The translations under genes were made by a program, and so were the position numbers. A stretch of DNA of 64,000 bases from Eledone cirrhosa (taxonomy: Eukaryota): positions 45,198,001-45,262,000 of the forward strand of contig OZ024753.1 in NCBI GenBank assembly GCA_964016885.1. Direction: 5' to 3'. Position 1 is the first letter of the stretch; each line of letters starts with the position of its first letter. Of this stretch, positions 58,018-64,000 are shown in pieces. The notes below the pieces were generated by a model, which was given only the letters and a program-made list of their open reading frames with translations, ran no database searches and was not told the origin of the DNA.

Positions 58018-58208
58018 ATAGGAACCAGTAAAACCCCGACAGCTGAGCTCAAGCCGTTTTGACGGCTAATTCAGAATTAGCCGTCGAAACGGCTTGAGCT
58101 CAGCTGTCGGGGTTTTACTGGTTCCTATTACCCACTCTACTACCTCAAGTATTGAGTACTTTGGTGCGTTATGGTCCACCTGGTTCCTTACCACATTTCC
58201 TTCGTTAT
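58018..58208. mobile_element. Penelope-like terminus, family A; 55-bp-arm palindrome with 1-nt spacer
   Basis: 58018-58072 is the reverse complement of 58074-58128 with one mismatch; contains gaaa-cggc...gctg-tc half HHR and GTATTGAGTAC at 58149-58159. Confidence 0.8.
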
Positions 58209-58314
58209 ACATATATATATATATTTGAAAATGTGAGAGTCCCAAAGCCAGACATTGACAATAGTAACAGTTAATTACTATATATAATAGTTGAGGAAAT
58301 TTGGTAAATTATAT

Positions 58315-58755
58315 TTCCAGTTGACTATATGAGAGGTTAACATGTGACCCACTGTCCAGTTGACTATATGAGGGGTTAACATGTGACCCACTGTCCAGTT
58401 GACTATATGAGGGGTTAACATGTGACCCACTGTCCACTTGACTATATGAGAGGTTAACATGTGACCCACTGTCCACTTGACTATATGAGGGGTTAACATG
58501 TGACCCACTGTCCAGTTGACTATATAAGGGGTTAACATGTGACCCACTGTCCAGTTGACTATATGAGGGGTTAACATGTGACCCACTGTCCAGTTGACTA
58601 TATGAGGGGTTAACATGTGACCCACTGTCCACTTGACTATATGAGGGGTTAACATGTGACCCACTGTCCAGTTGACTATATGAGGGGTTAACATGTGACC
58701 CACTGTCCAGTTGACTATATGAGGGGTTAACATGTGACCCACTGTCCAGTTGACT
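58315..58755. repeat. 39-bp minisatellite, ~11 copies
   Basis: ccagttgactatatgaggggttaacatgtgacccactgt. Confidence 0.96.
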
Positions 58756-59119
58756 GGAGTGCATCTAAAATCAGATGGATGTAAAGGTAACTCTTTGACT
58801 ACACAACCATACCTTCATCTGAGAGGTGAGGTATCAGGTATGGCTGTGTGGTTGAAGAGTTAGCTACCACCCTGTATTAACTTACTATAACTTAAAGCTA
58901 ACTCTTTGACTACACAACCATACCTACATCTAAATATAAATAAGTTTGTAGAATGAACGATGTGAAATTCAATATAGATTTCTCTATCAGTTGTTCTCCA
59001 TGGCTGCTAGGATTTGGTTGGTTCTATCTGGAAATATCATTAGAACCATGTTAAGAACCATTCTGTAGAATCACTGCTCAAAGACATCAAACTAAGACAG
59101 ACACACACACACAAGAAAA

Positions 59120-59205
59120 AGTAAGCCTTGTGAGTAGAATTTGGTAGTTGGAAACTGTAGAAGCTTATCATATATGTGTGTGTGAGTATATGAGTGTATG
59201 TGTGT

Positions 59206-59251
<46 letters not shown>

Positions 59252-59505
59252 ATGTGTGTATGTATGAGTGTGTGTAAGTGTGCATATGTGTGCATACACA
59301 CATGTCTGTGTATGTTTATGTTTGTGTCTATGTCTGTGCTATGTTCTGTAACTTAGCAGTTTGACAAGAAAACATCGATAAAACAAATGCCAGACTTGAA
59401 AGAAAATTAGACCATTACTGGGGTCGATATGATCAACTACATTCCTTTAAGGCAGTGCCCCAGCATGACCACAACCACATAACTGTAACCAGCAAAACAA
59501 TAAAG
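59120..59505 (+). mobile_element. Decayed SINE body with internal (TG)n
   Basis: gccttgtgagtagaatttggtagttggaaactg...(TG)n...taacttagcagttt...ggggtcgat...ccccagcatgaccaca; similar tail at ~47165-47260. Confidence 0.55.
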
Positions 59506-59759
59506 TTATATAGTTCTTATTACATGAATTAATTTGTTTAATCTTATGTCCTTTATTGTATAAACTTTTGTACTGGTAAAGTGATTAAACGATTAACATT
59601 ACTAAGTTAATTTCATCTTATTTACCTTATGTTAATTCATTCTAATTAACAACATTTAGACTAATTACTAAGCTGTTTTAGTTAAATATTAACTTTGATG
59701 ATAAACTACTGGGTGGTAGGAGAAGTGGAAGAAATGTTGAACTGGGACTTAATTGGTAA

Positions 59760-60705
59760 TAATAGTTAAAGAAGAGGTCATATAATAGTTAAAGAAGGGT
59801 CATATAATAGTTAAAGAAGGGTCATATAATAGTTAAAGAAGGGGTCGTATAATAGTTAAAGAAGGGGTCGTATAATAGTTAAAGAAGGGGTCGTATAATA
59901 GTTAAAGAGGGGTCGTATAATAGTTAAAGAAGGGGTCGTATAATAGTTAAAGAAGGGTCATATAATAGTTAGAGAAGGGTCATATAATAGTTAGAGAAGG
60001 GTCATATAATAGTTAAAGAAGGGGTCGTATAATAGTTAAAGAAGGGTCATATAATAGTTAAAGAAGGGTCATATAATAGTTAAAGAAGGGGTCGTATAAT
60101 AGTTAAAGAAGGATCATATAATAGTTAAAGAAGGGGTCATATAATAGTTAAAGAAGGGGTCGTATAATAGTTAAAGAAGGGGTCGTATAATAGTTAAAGA
60201 AGGGTCATATAATAGTTAAAGATGGGTCATATAATAGTTAAAGAAGGGGTCGTATAATAGTTAAAGAAGGGTCATATAATAGTTAAAGAAGGGGTCGTAT
60301 AATAGTTAAAGAAGGGGTCATATAATAGTTAGAGAAGAGTCGTATAATAGTTAGAGAAGGGTCATATAATAGTTAGAGAAGGGTCATATAATAGTTAAAG
60401 AAGGGTCATATAATAGTTAAAGAAGGGGTCGTATAATAGTTAAAGAAGGGGTTGTATAATAGTTAAAGAAGGGTCATATAATAGTTAGAGAAGGGTCATA
60501 TAATAGTTAGAGAAGGGTCATATAATAGTTAAAGAAGGGGTCGTATAATAGTTAAAGAAGGGGTCATATAATAGTTAGAGAAGGGTCGTATAATAGTTAG
60601 AGAAGGGTCATATAATAGTTAGAGAAGAGTCATATAATAGTTAGAGAAGGGTCATATAATAGTTAGAGAAGGCGTCATATTATAGTTAAAGAAGGGGTCA
60701 TATTA
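59760..60705. repeat. 21-22 bp minisatellite
   Basis: tataatagttaaagaagg(g)gtc[a/g]. Confidence 0.96.
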
Positions 60706-61018
60706 CAGCAAGAAGGGGTAATATTACCAAGGAGTCAGCTAAGGTGTTAATCTCTCTGAAAGGGTTTGATGCAATAAAAAATAAACAAGCAAACAAAAGT
60801 ATCTGATATCAGATCCAACCACTGGAAACAGTGGAAACAGTCTTTCCATTGCTAATATTATCAGCTTGTCACAACTGTTGACAGAGATGGAATTTGAACT
60901 GAGAATATACAGAGTTGGGGGTGAAATACCACATAGCATCTTGTCAAACTCTTTAACTCTACCATTCCATCACCCCAGGACTGGTTCTTGATTTACTGAT
61001 TCTGAAAGGATGAAAACC

Positions 61019-62172
61019 AAACTAGGTTTTGTCAAGATTTGACCTCATATCACGGTAAACTGGATCAAACTAGGTTTAGTCAAGGTTTGAACTCATATCA
61101 CAGTAAACTGGATCAAACTAGGTTTAGTCAAGGTTTGAACTCATATCACAGTAAACTGGATCAAACTAGGTTTAGTCAAGGTTTAAACTCATATCACAGT
61201 AAACTGGATCAAACTAGGTTTTGTCAAGGTTTGAACTCATATCACAGTAAACTGGATCAAACTAGGTTTAGTCAAGGTTTGAACTCATATCACAGTAAAC
61301 TGGATCAAACTAGGTTTTGTCAAGGTTTGAACTCATATCACAGTAAACTGGATCTAACTAGGTTTTGTCAAGGTTTGAACTTATATCACAGTAAACTGGA
61401 TCAAACTAGGTTTAATCAAGGTTTGAACTCATATCACAGTAAACTGGATCAAACTAGGTTTTGTCAAGGTTTGAACTCATATCACAGTAAACTGGATCAA
61501 ACTAGGTTTTGTCAAGGTTTGAACTCATATCACAGTAAACTGGATCAAACTAGGTTTAGTCAAGGTTTGAACTCATATCACAGTAAACTGAATCAAACTA
61601 GGTTTTGTCAAGATTTGAACCCATTTCACAGTAAACTGGATCAAACTAGGTTTTGTCAAGATTTGAACCCATTTCACAGTAAACTGGATCAAACTAGGTT
61701 TTGTCAAGATTTGAACCCATTTCACAGTAAACTGGATCAAACTAGGTTTAGTCAAGATTTGACCTCATATCACGGTAAACTGGATCAAACTAGGTTTTGT
61801 CAAGATTTGAACCCATTTCACAGTAAACTGGATCAAACTAGGTTTTGTCAAGATTTGACCTCATATCACGGTAAACTGGATCAAACTAGGTTTAGTCAAG
61901 GTTTGAACTCATATCACAGTAAACTGGATCAAACTAGGTTCTGTCAAGGTTTGAACTCATATCACAGTAAACTGGATCAAACTAGGTTTTGTCAAGGTTT
62001 GAACTCATATCACAGTAAACTGGATCAAACTAGGTTTTGTCAAGGTTTGAACTCATATCACAGTAAACTGGATCAAACTAGGTTTTGTCAAGATTTGAAC
62101 CCATTTCACAGTAAACTGGATCAAACTAGGTTTTGTCAAGGTTTGAACTCATATCACAGTAAACTGGATCAA
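61019..62172. repeat. 48-bp minisatellite, ~24 copies, inside a SINE
   Basis: actaggttttgtcaaggtttgaactcatatcacagtaaactggatcaa; 16-aa periodic 407-aa ORF; SINE sequence on both flanks. Confidence 0.95.
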
Positions 62173-63319
62173 ATACTAAGACATTCAATCCGCCACCCTA
62201 ACAACTCTGCCAAAGTTAATTCAATCAACTACAATAACAAAGCAATCTTCTGGAATAATTAACCATTAACAACATCAAAAGAAAATCAATTACAAAGGCC
62301 TCTACTCCAGCGTTTATCAACCTTTTAAGGATGCAATACAACATTTATTTCACTAAAAATGGAGTGATATTGGCAGAGTTGTTTGAGAATTGAAGGAATA
62401 GCCTCGTAGTATTTATTCTGGATTTTTATATTCTGAATTTAAATTGCAGCCAAGGTCAACTTAACTTTCATCCTTTTGTGGTCGATAAAATAAACTAGCT
62501 GTCAGAATAAAGGATAATATATTAATAAGGGTGTCAGACAAAGAGGGAATCGTGTTGGGTTTTATTCAGGTTGCTTATATCCAGATTTGTATGAGTGTCA
62601 GAAAAAGAGGGAATCTTGTAGGGTTTTGACTCAGGTTGCTTATATTCAGAGTTCAAATTCCACTGAGGTCAGGTTTGTCTTTCATAGTTTTAAAGTCAAC
62701 AAAACAAATTACCATTCCGATCAGAGAATTAATAGAGTTGTTAGAATATCAGATGACTTATGTGATATTTCTCCCAACTCCTTACAATCTAAATACAATT
62801 CCCATCGAGGTCAACTTTACTATTCATTATTTTATTGGGAGGGGCAAGGATTGGCAGTATTGGTAGAGTGTCGGACACCATGCATCGTAGCATAGAGTTA
62901 CGGCCCTTGTGCCTAAAGTAGAAACAATTATTTTAAGGGTTCATCATAAAGTAGAAGTTTAGGGTGATGTAGAGAATTGCTCGAGTACCAGACCTTGTGG
63001 TATTTATTCCAGCTGTTTATGTTCTGAATTTAAATCTCCCTGTAACCCCAGTACCTTACACTTCTAACCCCTATACCTCACTCCATTATATTTGTAAGGT
63101 TCAATGTTTAATTAACAAAACATTTATAATTGATGTCAGTAATTACTGGAGTGTAGATGTAAAAATACAACATAGATTGTAATTAACTTATTGTATAAAG
63201 AAATATGTGAAATATTTATTGTATTGCTTAAAATATGTTGTTATTAGCTGGGACTTATCATATCATTAAATATCACAGAAATAATGATTTCTGCTTTAAT
63301 AGCAACTATATACATGTGC

Positions 63320-63387
<68 letters not shown>

Positions 63388-63388
<1 letters not shown>

Positions 63389-63760
63389 ATCATCATCATC
63401 ACTTATTGTCAACGTTTCCCTGCTAACATGGGTTAGATAGGTTGTCCCATTTTGAAACAAGTCAGATCAGAAGATCATGTCTTGCTCATACAGAACAGTT
63501 TCTGGCTTGGTTTCTATGGCTGGATGCCCTTCCTAATGCTAACCACATTTACAGTGTATATATGTGACCACATTTAGTGGGTGCTTTATATCGTGGCACC
63601 AACACAACCACTGCTCAGTGTGGATAGGGTGCTTTTTTTTGAGACACCAAAACAACTACTTTACAGTGTAGACTGGGTGTTTTTTATCGTGACATCAAAA
63701 TGACCACATTTAGTGTGCTCTGAGTACTTTATATCGTGACACCACATCGACCACTTTTAT
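63388..63760 (-). mobile_element. Older RTE-type 3' tail
   Basis: (cat)n...ctaacatgggtt...ctatggctggatgcccttcctaatgctaaccacatttacagtg. Confidence 0.7.
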
Positions 63761-64000
63761 AAAAACACTCATCCACCCACACACACACATATATATATTT
63801 ATTATTAAAATAACAGATTAAAGTTTAAGCAAAGAATCGCTGCTTTCACCCTTAATGGGATCTTCTAAAACTAACAAAGTCAATCTGTGAACGCAGAAGT
63901 GAATATTTAAAAAAACGTTACAACCGGAGGAAGACAGGAAGACGATACTTTGGTTCATGGAAACGTTCCCTGGCAAAGAACGGGAAAAAACGAATATAAT

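Noticed and set aside
63830-63872. Minus-strand tagaaga-tccc attaa gggt-gaaa-gcagc, HHR-like
   Set aside because: The core and stems I/III are too degenerate to call.

Overview
Repeat-dominated, AT-rich eukaryotic (animal) DNA with no confidently identifiable host protein-coding exon. Nearly all ORFs in the supplied track are artefacts of (TA)n/(CA)n/(CAC)n microsatellites or minisatellites. The repeat landscape (microsatellite saturation, tRNA-derived SINEs, RTE and Tx1 LINE tails) looks like an octopod cephalopod genome; this is inference from recognition, not a search. A 200-N scaffold gap lies at 35210-35409. The main hidden signal is a set of type I hammerhead ribozymes (HHRs) read directly from the sequence. 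Five have intact CUGAUGA/GAAA/NUH cores (29375-29429-, 30628-30673+, 31188-31256-, 39748-39829-, 57823-57889+), and there are more than ten degenerate or half copies. They sit in short ORF-less elements of several unrelated families inserted in (TA)n tracts, often as fold-back palindromes, and several families share an exact GTATTGAGTAC motif downstream of the cleavage site. This fits Penelope-like retroelement termini or retrozyme-like elements. Also notable are a MITE carrying two convergent tRNA-like Pol III promoters (39046-39651) and several large minisatellites born inside SINEs or MITEs.
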